A stretch of 64,000 nt of DNA from positions 186,001-250,000 of the forward strand of contig MU008200.1 in the NCBI GenBank assembly GCA_010909165.1, read 5' to 3'. The stretch's first letter is position 1. Every line of letters starts with the position of its first letter. Positions 13,187 to 26,203 of this stretch are shown here, in pieces. A program made the translations under genes and the position numbers. This DNA comes from Anthoceros angustus (Eukaryota; Plantae; Anthocerotophyta). The notes beneath the pieces were generated by a model. That model was given only the letters and a program-made list of their open reading frames with translations. It was not told the DNA's origin and ran no database searches.

Positions 13187-14010
13187 TGCAAGAGTGTTGT
13201 AAAGAGGTCAAAGCTATGACTCCGAGAGCAATGTGTGAGGAATTTGCGTGTTATTCTCGTGGGAAGAGTGTGTTTGTGCCACGACGTGCGAGCTACTCTC
13301 TCCTATTGTTTATTGGTTTGCATCTATATTTGCATATTAAATTTGTTTGCTTGGTTGTCTGTCGAGGAAGTGCTCATACGAATGCAAGTGCTTACCTCGT
13401 GAGAAAGAGACCTACCGTGCATGGCCCCATTTTGTATGCACATGCATCTTTGGATCCAATTGACACTCAATGTCACTCTCTTTCAACCTTGTACAATCAT
13501 GGGGTAAGTAAAATTTGTAGAACATGCAAAGAATTATACTTTGCTTGATTCGGGTATCTCCGTTTTACATGAGTAAAACCTAAAAACCTATGGTAAATAG
13601 AAATAATAAACAAAGAGAGGGAAGTGTGCTGAGTTGTCGTGCCACTATGATGCATACCTTAAAAAGTCAAAAATGTTCTTTACGTTGTAACAAGAACGAG
13701 TTTTAAAAATATACTTAATCTTTATAAGTATGGTTTTAACTTACTTACATCTTACAACTGTCAAAATCTTCAAAAAATTAAAATGATGAAATAATAAAAA
13801 TAAAATATGCTTATTAATATGCAGGCTGTTCATTCTTCCTGCATACAACGTTTTTGGCATAGTAAGTGACTTTAGGTAGGGAGCTTAGTTGCTCCTTCTT
13901 ACAATGATTCTTGGGGTCTGCAAGTTGGATGGACTCTCCTCATTATTTTTTCCCTCCATAAAATTCACTTTGTTGCCTTATTAAGATACTAGGAGTCCTA
14001 TACTTATAAT

Positions 14011-14220
14011 GCTGACTAAACTAGGGTCATGAATGTTAGCTTGATTACGGATTACTTATTGAAAGGCACTTAACTATTAGCTGACTAAACTAAGGTCATG
14101 AATGTTAGTTTGATTACGGATTACTTATTAAAAGGCACTTAACTATCAGCTAACTAAACTAGGGTCATGAATGTTAGCTTGATTACGGATTGCTTATTGA
14201 AAGGCACTTAACTATCAGCT
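14011..14220 (+). repeat. 3 x 69 bp tandem repeat
   Basis: gctgactaaactagggtcatgaatgttagc... at 14011, 14080 and 14149, with no unique spacers. Confidence 0.92.
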
Positions 14221-14375
14221 TCATGACCACCAATTATCCTCTTAAACCCTAAACCCTTAAGCTCTTTGTTGCTACACCACCTACTTATCGGAAACACTTA
14301 ATTGACTCTTGGCTGTCACAAATAGGTAGTCGCGAGATACTATTGCCAAGGGAAGACTAGGAATTATATAGGCCT

Positions 14376-15242
14376 AGTAACGGTATTGGTGAAATAAGGT
14401 AGAAAGGTGAAAAGTTAAAAGAGGTAAAAAGCTAAGTTAGTACATTGCCATGTTAAGAAGATGCATTTGTTGCATGCTTTATGCAATCTCCTATTAGAGA
14501 GGAATTGCTATAGCCACTAATGAAGAGCTGCCTAGAGAGGACTCTTAGTGATCAGTGGTCTGTAAGAATCCCTTGAGTTTACAGCTGCCTAATTGAGGTC
14601 CGGCTGCGGGATTTAAAAGGGCTAGAGCAAGAACTTTAAGGACACTCATGGAGAGAGCAGGCAAGTGTGCGCTGCAAGCCTTGTGTTGAGAGAGAGCTGT
14701 GGAGAGCTTAGCTAGTGAGCTTGTCGTTGAGTCAAGGGCAATAGCCAGTTGGGCATAGATAGCCATACTCAAGTATGTATTCTATCAATAAAGAGCAGCA
14801 CCTCGAGGAGGTGGCCTGCGAATTGTGTTGAGAGAGAGCTGTGGAGAGCTTAGCTAGTGAGCTTGTCGTTGAGTCAAGGGCAGTAGCCAGTTGGGCATAG
14901 ATAGCCATACTCAAGTATGTATTCTATTAATAAAGAGCAGCATCTCGAGGAGGTGGCCTGCAAATTGTCAGTGGATAACAGGCTACTTAGAGCCTCTGGC
15001 CTGCAAATTGTCAGTGGATGACAAGCTACTTAGAGCTTACTGCTCTGTCGCGAGGTTGAGAGCGCAAAACTACAAGCTACTTAGAGCTTACTGCTCTGTC
15101 GCGAGGTTGAGAGCGCAAAACTACTGCTCTGTCGCGAGGTTGAGAGCGCAGAGAATCGTGCAAGTTTCTTGTGAAATGAAAAGATGAGACCGTAGACCGC
15201 TGGGAAGCCAGCACTTGTCGCTGCGCAGTGTGGGATGTTACT
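14376..15242 (+). repeat. Solo LTR of a chromovirus-like family with AGTAAC...GTTACT termini; internal 142-bp and about 33-bp duplications
   Basis: Flanked by ggcct/ggctt (5-bp TSD, 1 mismatch); homologous to the reverse complements of 18051-18838 and 63195-63320. Confidence 0.75.
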
Positions 15243-15955
15243 GGCTTAACACAAGATCATTAAAGTTATCAGCCGTTTTGCGTGCTTTCGTCTCCGTGCC
15301 GATACCTACTAGTATGACCCACCTTAAATCTGCTAGTACGTCTAGCAGTAAACTCGGCAGTGCGCTGGGGGAATAACGTTGAACAACCAAAATATCAACC
15401 CGAGCTGACGTGCAGGTCCGTGTTACATACTTTCAAAGCTTCGGTGAGACAAACATACCGGGAAAATAACGTCCTGATAGAGATTAAGAAGTCTTCTAAA
15501 CACGCCGCACACATGTCGTCCCCAGAAAGGCAGATGAACCAACAAAACTAACTGAGGCAACTGCTAAGAGAACCCAACAATAAGTAGACGATGTTCATCA
15601 TAGTCCGCAGGAGGAACCAAGTGTTTTTTTGACTGCAAGCGGACGTACGCCAAGTAGGACAAAGTCGGAACCAGCCAACAGGAGGACGTCACCACAGGGT
15701 ACCCTGTAGCAAGACCTCCCGGCATCAGACACTAAAACTTGGGTCACCAAAGCCATTCCGCGCATTCAACAACACTGGGCCCGATCCCCACTCCCAGTCA
15801 AAAGACCAGCCTGCTTGATAAAAATTCCTTTATAACCTAGTACTTCAACACAAACGCTTCTTCAGAGGCCTCCAAGAACCTAGAACATGCGGCATCTGAG
15901 TTACTTTCGTAGCACCAAGTACAAAGCCAGTACAAGTGAAATGACTGCCTTTTCA

Positions 15956-17510
<1,555 letters not shown>

Positions 17511-18050
17511 CGCTGCTAAACCCTTCCACTCAAACACCACAAACAGAGGGTCCTACACAACACCCACCCCCGCAGAGCAGCCCTAGGAAAGGGCCTGCGG
17601 CGAAGGTGATCGAACACAGACGGCGCAGCGCAAGGTAAGGGACGGCGGCGCCGAGGAGCACGGGCGTAACCAGGCCGCAAGGGTTGCGACAGCAAAGACG
17701 CAGGGGAAGAAGGCGATGAACGAGGGAACGAGAAGCTTAGCTCGAGCTGCGGTCTGGGGCGGAGAAGGAGAGGTGGAGCTCTTCCTAGCTTCCACCTTTT
17801 CTACGAGGGCCCGCCAGATTCACGCCTGAAGCGTAAAAGGGTAATGTAAAATTTTCAGAGATTTTTATAGTTCATTCATAAATAAACATGTAATTCTTTT
17901 AATGTGGACATTATGGTGTTATAGATCTCGTAACCCCTGAAGGCCTAGGGGGATTTTCGCGTTTTTGACGATTAAGTGATATTATTTGATAATTAATTAA
18001 AGAAAAATCCGATGGACATGTTCCAACCGTGGCAATTATCGGACTCATGC

Positions 18051-18838
18051 AATAACACCCCTCACTATGCAGTCACTAAGGAAGCGGCAAGTGCTAGCTT
18101 CCAATTGTCTAGGACCTCGTCAATTCACCCCACATAGAGACTTGCACAACTCTCATCGTTCTCAATCTCACGACACAATACTAGGTTTCAAGTAGCCTTG
18201 CGTCAACTCACGACTCACAGACTACCTCCTCGAGGTGTTGCTACCCCCTCACTATGCAGTCAGTAAGGAAGCGGCAAGTGCTAGCTTCCAATTGTCTAGG
18301 ACCTCGTCAATTCACTCCACATAGAGACTTGCACAACTCTCATCGTTCTCAATCTCACGACACAATACTAGGTTTCACGTAGCCTTGCGTCAAATCACGA
18401 CTCACAGAATACCTCCTCGAGGTGTTGCTCTTTATTCACAGAATAACCACTTGAGTCTGGCTATCTACGCCCAACTGGCTACTGTCTTTGACTCAAGGAC
18501 AAACTCACTAGATATGCTCTCCACACCTCTCTCAACCCACGGCTTGTAGCACATAATGAACTCAATGATCCATCCCTACTCAAACAAAGCCTTTGCTCTC
18601 GCCCTTGTATGTCCCGCAGGCTTACCTCAACTAAGCAACTGTTAACTCGGGGGATTCTTGCAGACCGCTGAATACTAAGTCCTCTCTAGGCAGCTCTTTA
18701 TTAGTGGCTTTAACAATTCCTCTCTAATACGAGATTGCATGAAGCATGCAATATATGTATCTTCTTAATAAGGTAACTATTAATGAACTTTTTGCCTCTT
18801 TTAACTTTTCAACTTTCTACCTTATTTCACCCGTTACT
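18051..18838 (-). repeat. 3' LTR of the chromovirus-like family (starts AGTAAC, ends GTTATT) with an internal duplication of about 188 bp
   Basis: Preceded on the minus strand by PPT-like AGTGGGAG and a chromodomain remnant; homologous to 14376-15242. Confidence 0.75.
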
Positions 18839-18859
18839 ATCTCCCACTGGGAAGAGATG

Positions 18860-19120
18860 TCATTGTCCTTAATGACCTCCAGCGTAATTTGAGATTATCC
18901 ATGATCCTTGTTGCATATCTTCAAGTGAAACTCATACAGGATTTGCATAACCACGAAGCCTTACCATATACTCTGGTACATAACCACGAGCAATAGGTGC
19001 TTCTCTCTCTGCCAGGAATTCAACAATCTCCCATAGTCCATGAGCTCTAAGCTGAACCAGAATGACGTAATCCTTCCTCTTCATATCCTTATTCTCCTTT
19101 GAAATCACACTCTACTAGAA
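18860..19120 (-). pseudogene. Chromodomain end of a chromovirus integrase
   Basis: VISKENKDMKRKD..GLWEIVEFLAERE..PEYMVRLRGYANPV*VSLEDM..IISNY; VISKENKDM is shared with the integrase at 63800. Confidence 0.6.
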
Positions 19121-19131
19121 AGGGCAGCCTA

Positions 19132-19242
19132 TGTTACAGTCGTTGTTGCAATTTTATGTTACACTTCCAATTTGCAACATCCTTTGGAGGCTTGGTATTA
19201 AGTTTGTCATTTCTTTCTTCAACTGGTGCCATAATCTTAACA
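19132..19242. repeat. 111-bp dispersed repeat bounded by TGTTA...TAACA
   Basis: Second copy at 60044-60154; partial inverted copy ending at 19620. Confidence 0.6.
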
Positions 19243-22024
19243 TGAACTTGGCTCTCTCTCCTACCACCTCACCCTCATAACTACATCCCCTCTCTCGTAC
19301 CAAATCCTCGCAAGCATGGCGCGAGGTTACCCCTTTCTTCTTTCACAGCTTACGCATAGGACTTGAGAAATTGATCGAAGTCCGTAGGCATTGCCCCATA
19401 TGTTTCAAGTGCGAGCGGAATAAGAAGTGGCCCACTTGCATCCCATTATACTTTCTAATCTTGAGAGCCGCCACACCGGCGGCAGCCCAACCAGGACGGT
19501 TTGTGATAACCTGAGCAGAGATGGTGTCTCGAGCAGGGTCATTAGCCACCACGTCCACCACCGAAACCTGGTCACCATTGTTTATGAATTCCCACATTCA
19601 ATTGCAACATGACTGTAACAAGGAGCCCTCTCTCTCTTCTCTATCATTCCCCCTCTTTATTACACCCTCTTGGGAGCACAATTTGTTTAAGTTCTACCTA
19701 GCCCTCTTCATTGCACCCTCCCTTCACAACTATTTGTTAATGGTGCCCACACCAGAACATCACAATAACATGGCCCAGCAACTCTCACCTTTTCCTTCCA
19801 CCTCACAACTTTATCATTCCTTTATCAATATTTTTGGTTGACCATAGCTATTATTGGGTAGAACACTAATTGTTTTTGGCCTTATGGCATACATACAGGT
19901 AGAAAATAAATACAAGTTATCTGTGTATGTATAGGTACTTGAATATAGATGTATTTTTGTAAATACATCTATATGCGGATGCTCGGCAGCGTTTTCCTCC
20001 TTTCTCGGTGTTTATCTCCGATGGTTTCAGGGGGTTGCAGGCGTTGTTGCTTGAGAAGCAGATTGGTCAGGCTTTCCAATCCGTCCTCCTGGACTCCTCC
20101 ATTCCTGTGCACGCGAGAGCCTTGTTATGGTAAGGGCAAGGCGCTTGGCTTCCGCTCCATGTATCATGGATTTTGTCATCGTGACTAGTCACCTTCACCA
20201 CTGCAATGTGATTCCGCCTTGGCCTCGCTTCAACTGTGCCTTCCTTCTTACCGCGAAAAGGCCTGCGCTTGATGACTCTGGGGTACTATAAATATACGTA
20301 TATATGAAAATCAATAAAATAATCCATTGTATACACATACGTCGTTATACATCCTATATTTAGAAAAAAAGAATACATGTTATATTGATGGAAAAAACGA
20401 TGGAGAAAAACCCATCCAGCATGGGACAATGAAAGTGGAGCTCGGGGGTCAAGGTGAAAAAGAGCGACTAAGCCCTTACCTAAAGTTACCTACTGCTCCT
20501 AGAACATCACATGCAGGAAGAACAAATGGCCTACAAATGACCCAGGAAGAGGAAGAAGCGTCACTTGCCGCCGCCACCTTGTGAAGGATTGCTGTTAAGA
20601 TGGCCCTTTGAAGGGCAATGGAAACTCACTTCCGCGACAAAGAATGGTGAAATCGATTTGGAGCTATACAGTCGCGCCAATGGATCCATACGCACAAACC
20701 CCTACCAACCAGGGTTAATGGCTGGAGAATCAAGAAGTATTACACGTGAGTTGGCGGGGGCGCCAACAAATGAGAAGGGGAGTATGTAAACGATCTGGTA
20801 TTGGAAACTCCCTATTGAAATGTGTCTTGGAGTGATTTTTTTTTTTGTTTTGGTTAAGAATGGTGTTAAAATAAGTCAGGTTGACAGTAGGAGAGGGTAC
20901 TTATATTAAAAATGTCCTTGGCCTATGGGTTTTTTTGTTTCTTAGGTTAGATAATAAATGGTCCGTGGACTCGATGTTCCTTGGCCCTTGGACTTGGAAT
21001 ATCCACCAGAAAGCCTATATATGTGAGGTAGGGGGTTGGTATATTTAGGGGTTGTTGAGTCTATAAGCTCGAGGTCGACCCAACCGGGCGGTAGCTGAAC
21101 GAGTGTGAGGTCGCGGACTGGAATGCTTGGGGGAGCGGTCGTGGAGAGTAGAGGCGGTCGTGGAAGTCGATCAGCGGTAGGGGAAGCCCGGGGCACTTAA
21201 CCCTAAGGAACTGGGAAAAGTAACATAAGCCCGTTCAAACCGTGAGCGCAACGGCGGCTAGAGCGAGAGCGAGGAGCGGAGCGCAACGACGGCTGGAGCG
21301 CGAGGATGTCGAGGAGCTGCGACGGGAGGGTGCCGCGGTCTGCTGGAGGACAAGGAGGCGCAATCGCGAGGAAGGGCAGCCCCGAACCCTCACCGGTGAG
21401 GTCGCGAGCCGCGAGCTGAAGGAGGGCGGCCCCACGGGCTGGGTGGCCGAGGAGGTAGGAACGTGGGAGACTCCACTTGCATCCCATTATACTTTCTAAT
21501 CTGAGAGCCGCCACACGGTGACTAACCAGGTTTGTGATAACTGAAAAGTGCAGATGGTGTCTCGAGGGTCAGTGCCACCACACGTCACCACATCAAAACT
21601 CGGTCACCATTGTTTATGAATTCCACATTCAATTGCAACATGATTAACAAGGAGCCCTCTCTCTCTTCTCTATCATTCCCCTCTTTATTACACCCTCTTG
21701 GGAGCACAATTGTTTAAGTTCTACCTAGCCTCTTCATTGCACCCTCCCTTCACAACTATTTGTTAATGGTGCCCACACCAACATCACAATAACATGGCCC
21801 AAAGAACTCACCTTTTCCTTCCACCTCACAACTTTATCATTCCTTTATCAATATTTTTGGTTGACCATAGCTATTATTGGGTAGAACACTAATTGTTTTT
21901 TGGCCTTATGGCATACATATGTAGAAAATAAAATAGTTATCTGTATGTATAGGTATTGAATATAGATGTATTTTTGTAAATACATCTATATGATGCCCAA
22001 ATGCCTCCTTTCTGTTTATCTCCG

Positions 22025-22245
22025 ATGGTTTCAGGGGGTTGCAGGCGTTGTTGCTTGAGAAGCAGATTGGTCAGGCTTTCCAATCCGTCCTCCTGGACTC
22101 CTCCATTCCCAGGTACGCGAGAGCTCGGCTTCGCTCTTGTTATGGTAAGGGCGAAGGCGCTTGGCTTCTGGCTCGTCCATGTATACGGGATTTTGTCATC
22201 GCACTAGTCACCTTCACCACTGCAATGTGATTCCGTCTTGGCCTG
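22025..22245 (+). pseudogene. Fragment of a CRE-like non-LTR retrotransposon ORF (post-RT region); duplicate at about 20030-20225
   Basis: ARARLRSCYGKGEGAWLLARP...FTTAM*FRLGL resembles the ARL.S..G..AGAWL...LRLRLGL motif of CRE-type elements. Confidence 0.5.
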
Positions 22246-22626
22246 CTTCAACCTGTGGCGTCTTCCCTTCTTACCGCGAAAAGCTGACTCTGGGTACTAT
22301 AAATATACGTATATATGAAAATCAATAAAATAATCCATTGTATACACATACGTCGTTATACATCCTATATTTAGAAAAAAAGAATACATGTTATATTGAT
22401 GGAAAAAACGATGGAGAAAAACCCATCCAAAGATGGGACAATGAAAGTGGAGCTCGGGGTCAAGGTGAAAAGAGCCACTCAAGCCCTTACCCAAAGTTAC
22501 CCACTGCTCCTAGAACATCACATGGGAAGAACAAATGGCCTACAAATGACCCAGGAAGAGGAAGAAGCGTCACTTGCCGCCGCCACCTTGTGAAGGATTG
22601 CTGTTAAGATGGCCCTTTGAAGGGCA

Positions 22627-22851
22627 ATGGAAACTCACTTCCGCGACAAAGAATGGGTGGTACCTGGGGATTTGGCATTGCTGTATGACAATAGATACAT
22701 GCACTTTCCAGGAAAACTTCACCTTCGATGGATGGAGCTATACAAAGTCGTCGAAGTTTTTGCCAATGGATCCATACAGCTGCAACAGTTAGACGGGCAA
22801 CCCCTACCAACCAGGGTTAATGGCTGGAGAATCAAGAAGTATTACACGTGA
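22627..22851 (+). pseudogene. Athila-like gypsy integrase C-terminus
   Basis: GDLALLYDNR...GKLHLRWM..YKVVEVFANGSIQL...RVNGWRIKKY. Confidence 0.85.
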
Positions 22852-23590
22852 GTTGGCGGGCGCCAACAAATGAGAAGGGGAGTATGTAAACGATCCGGGT
22901 TTGGAAACTCCCTGTTGAAAGGTGTCTTGGGGTGATTTTTTTTGTTTTGGTTAAGAATGGTGTTAAAATAAGTCGGTTGTGAGAGAAGGGTACTTATATT
23001 AAAATGTCCTTGGCCTATGGGTTTTTTGTTTCTTAGGTTAGATAATAAATGGTCCGTGGACTCGATGTTCCTTGGCCCTTGGACTTGGAATATCCACCAG
23101 AAAGTCTATATATGTGAGGTAGGGGGTTGTTATATTTAGGGGTTGTTGAGTCTATAAGCTCGAGGTCAACCCCAACTCAGAATGAACGAGTGTGAGGTCA
23201 TGTGAATGCCGAGGAGCTGGCCGTGAGAGTAGAGGCGGTGAAGTCGATCACGGTAGGGAAGCCCGGCACTTAACCCTAAGGAACTGGGAAAAGTAACATA
23301 AGCCTGCTCAAACATGAGCGCAACGGCGGCTAGAGCGAGAGCGAGGGAGCGGAGCGCAACGACGGCCGGGAGCCGAGGGATGTCGAGAGGAGCCGCGACG
23401 GGAGGGTGCGCGAGGGAGGACAAGGAGGCGATCACGAGGAAGGGCAGCCCAACCCTCACTGAGCCGCGAGTCAAGGAGGGCGGCCTCAGCGGGGTGGGTG
23501 AGGAGGTAGGAACCGTGGGAGACTAACCGCCAGAAATTCAGGAGGCGGCACCGATTCGAGGCGCGAGGCGAGGGAGGTTGCTGCAGAGGC

Positions 23591-25580
23591 ATGGCGCCCA
23601 AGGCCGCAGCTAAAATTGTGACCGCTCAGTGGCCAAACATGGATCATTGGACGGTCCGAGCTGGGGATTTGGTGACAAAGCTGGGGCTTGGCTTCATGGA
23701 GAAGCGCTGGAATTATGTGAACATGGGACTGGTGCAGGAGTGCGCACGCCATCTGAAGGACAAGCAACCAGGCGAGGGAATTAGAGCGAAGCCCCAGGAT
23801 TGGGACCTGGAATTAGTCAGGAGAGTGTATGAGCGCAGCAAAGAGGAGGCAGGTGGCTTGGTGATTGAACCTTCTCGAAAAAGAAGCACAAGAGGCAGCG
23901 TACCGTTAAAGCGGCGAATCGGGAACCCAATGGATGGTTGACCGAGAATTGGTATCAAGACAGCTTGATGGGTCTCCGATGGCTCTCTGCTTTCTACAGA
24001 CAAAAAAGCGTGACTATTTGTCTGACCATTTGATGTTGTTTCTCCATGAAGTTGTCAAGGGGGCGAGGATCGATTGGGGGCGAATTCTCTTTGACAAGTT
24101 GTGTGAAGAGAGGTTGAATTTGATCTCCTCTTCCCCTCATCCTTCTCTAATTACGCCATTTTTGGTTCATCTGTATGCGCACGCTAACTATCTGCCGGAG
24201 GTAGAAATTGTGGCCTCCCTTCACATGTGGAAGCCGGTTAGGGAGGTGAAGTGGAAAGCGGAGGAGCCCAAGGAGGAAATAGAGGAGGAATGATACCGGG
24301 AGTCCGTGGCGACGCGCAAGTAGAAGAAGAGAAGGAAATTCACCAAAGAAGAGAGAGAAGACCGGGAGGCAAAGGGCCTCAACAAGGCAGAAGGGACGCG
24401 CTGGCCACTGTGTCAAGGCCGCCAGAAAGCGAAGAAAATGAAGGCCAAACGGCGATTGAGGTGGCGGAGGAAGAGGCGATCCGAGGACAAGGCCGACCGA
24501 TGCGATGATGAACCAACTCGAGGGAATTAGGGCGACTCGCGGACCCTCCTCGTGATGGGAAGAGATTTTCAAGGAACTCCACCGCAATGAGGTAATTTAG
24601 AGTGCGACTATCGGGAAGGAAGGCGCTGATGGGGATGGCGCCCGGGCCGCCACAACAAGTGGATTTGGTGAACCGACCACGCCAATGATCCGGCCCAAGC
24701 GGATTTGTTGGACCAAGCCGCATTGGCTCTCACATGGCTCAGTGCAAGGGCGAGGAGGAAGTGGTGAAGGCCCGATTTGAAGAGGAGGAGGCCAAGCGCA
24801 AGCTGAGGAAGACAAGTGGCCTAGAGGAAATAAGGGCCAAGGTTCGTGGAGGATTTGCAGGCCTGAGAAGTTGCGTGCCATGACGAGTCGCAGGAAGCGC
24901 CATGGCTCAAATCAAGGATGCCCACGAGGCAAACCAAGAGATGGGGAGTTGTTGCAGCCCAAGAGCAAGAGGCACTGGAGAAGGCCCATAAGTTGGCGAG
25001 CGACAAGTGGAGCGGATGAGGCACGTACGAGCCGAAGGAGAAGGGAAAAGGAAGCGAGTAGCAGGCCAAATCGGGTAGTGGAAGGAACTACCGAAGGAAG
25101 GAAGGAGCAACCGAGGTAGCCAAACACCTACCGTAGTTGCCGAACAAGACGACCGTGGAGTCCACTACCGCTAGGAAATCGCCACCGACATTGGCGCCCA
25201 ACCGCGGCCATGAGCGGCGACAGATGCGACGTGGCACCGCGAGGAGGATCATGGACCAGTGTAGCCTACGGAGGAGGGGGCACCACCATGCTAGGGTCCT
25301 ATTATGTTGCGGCACATGGATGAGGAAACTTATGTTCCTCGGGTCTATATGTGAATGGGGAACGCGTGCTTAACTTCACCGCCATGTGCGTGTGGAAATA
25401 GGAAGGGACTGTGGCCTACCCATCGCAAGTGAGGACCAAGTGGATACTTCTTCCACGCGAGTGTGGGGATTGGCTTATGCGGAGGCGATTTTGGAGGAGT
25501 TAAGGAGGAAGAAGTCCAGCTTGGGTGGACGAAGAGTAATAATCCTCAAGAAGGCAAGCGGGAAGAGGAAGCTCAAGTGA
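23591..25580 (+). pseudogene. Post-integrase accessory ORF (plant-transposon-protein-like domain, acidic/basic linker, coiled coil); partial duplicate at 26470-27831
   Basis: Frameshifted pieces MAPKAAAK..., IDWGRILFDKL...SLITPFLVHLY, coiled-coil EEEEAKRKQLEEDKRGLEEIRAKVQEDL. Confidence 0.6.
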
Positions 25581-26175
25581 TATCAAATTAGGACATCCAG
25601 CAGTTGATAGTGAGGTGGAAGTCTTGGGAAGACTGTCGATCCCGCGGCGGTGAGGGCTCGTGGCGGCAGGAGGACGAGGCGGCCAAGTCGGGGAAGGGCG
25701 CGCAGACAGCGAGGCATAGGTGATAGCATCCTAGGAATGGAATTTAGTTAGATGTCTGCACGACCTAGATCGCCCGAATTGTAGGCCCCTTCACGATAGC
25801 CATTTTAGACCTGAAAACTGGGGCATGACGCCCACCGATGTATAAGAGGGGCGAATTATGCCCCTCACAGCAGATAATTCCCGGTTGAGATCCCCACGCT
25901 GCCTGTGGCTGGTTGGAGACGTCCAATTAACGGAGGCGGGGTGCGCGAGACGCTCCTAGGGATGGTCGAGAGCTTGCTCCGCAATTGGAGGAAGGAAGGG
26001 CGATAGAGCGTTCTTGCTGACAAAGGAGGAGGAAACCGAGGGATTGGCGCGGGGCGGGTCTGGAGCTTGCTCGTAACGCCTGCTGTGACGCCTGGGATCT
26101 TTCTTTTCCTTGCTTCTTTTCCTGTTGTTGTGTTCAAATTGAGAGAGAGTGTGTGGTGTGGGAGCCCTGAGGCTT

Positions 26176-26203
26176 AATCGAGAGAGAGAGAGAGAGAGAG
26201 AAG
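26176..26203 (+). repeat. (GA)n microsatellite at the junction of the gypsy remnant and a copia RT; copies near 28280 and 29950
   Basis: gagagagagagagagagagaag. Confidence 0.9.

Larger units (their letters stand above)
19430..23520. repeat. About 2.05 kb tandem duplication (two indel-divergent copies)
   Basis: 19430-21475 matches 21475-23520 block by block. Confidence 0.85.

Noticed and set aside
13186-13548. 120-aa ORF as a gene
   Set aside because: No recognisable motif; it starts within a TATA-containing duplication that looks like LTR sequence
14011-14220. Possible CRISPR-like array (69-bp repeats; also the 21-bp repeats at 54560)
   Set aside because: Units are contiguous near-identical copies with no unique spacers, no cas genes, and a eukaryotic context
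14241-14260. Telomeric array (taaaccctaaaccc)
   Set aside because: Only about two units; at most a telo-box
17511-17540. N-terminal extension [10 protein letters not shown] in the ORF track
   Set aside because: It begins at GTG; the first ATG is at 17510
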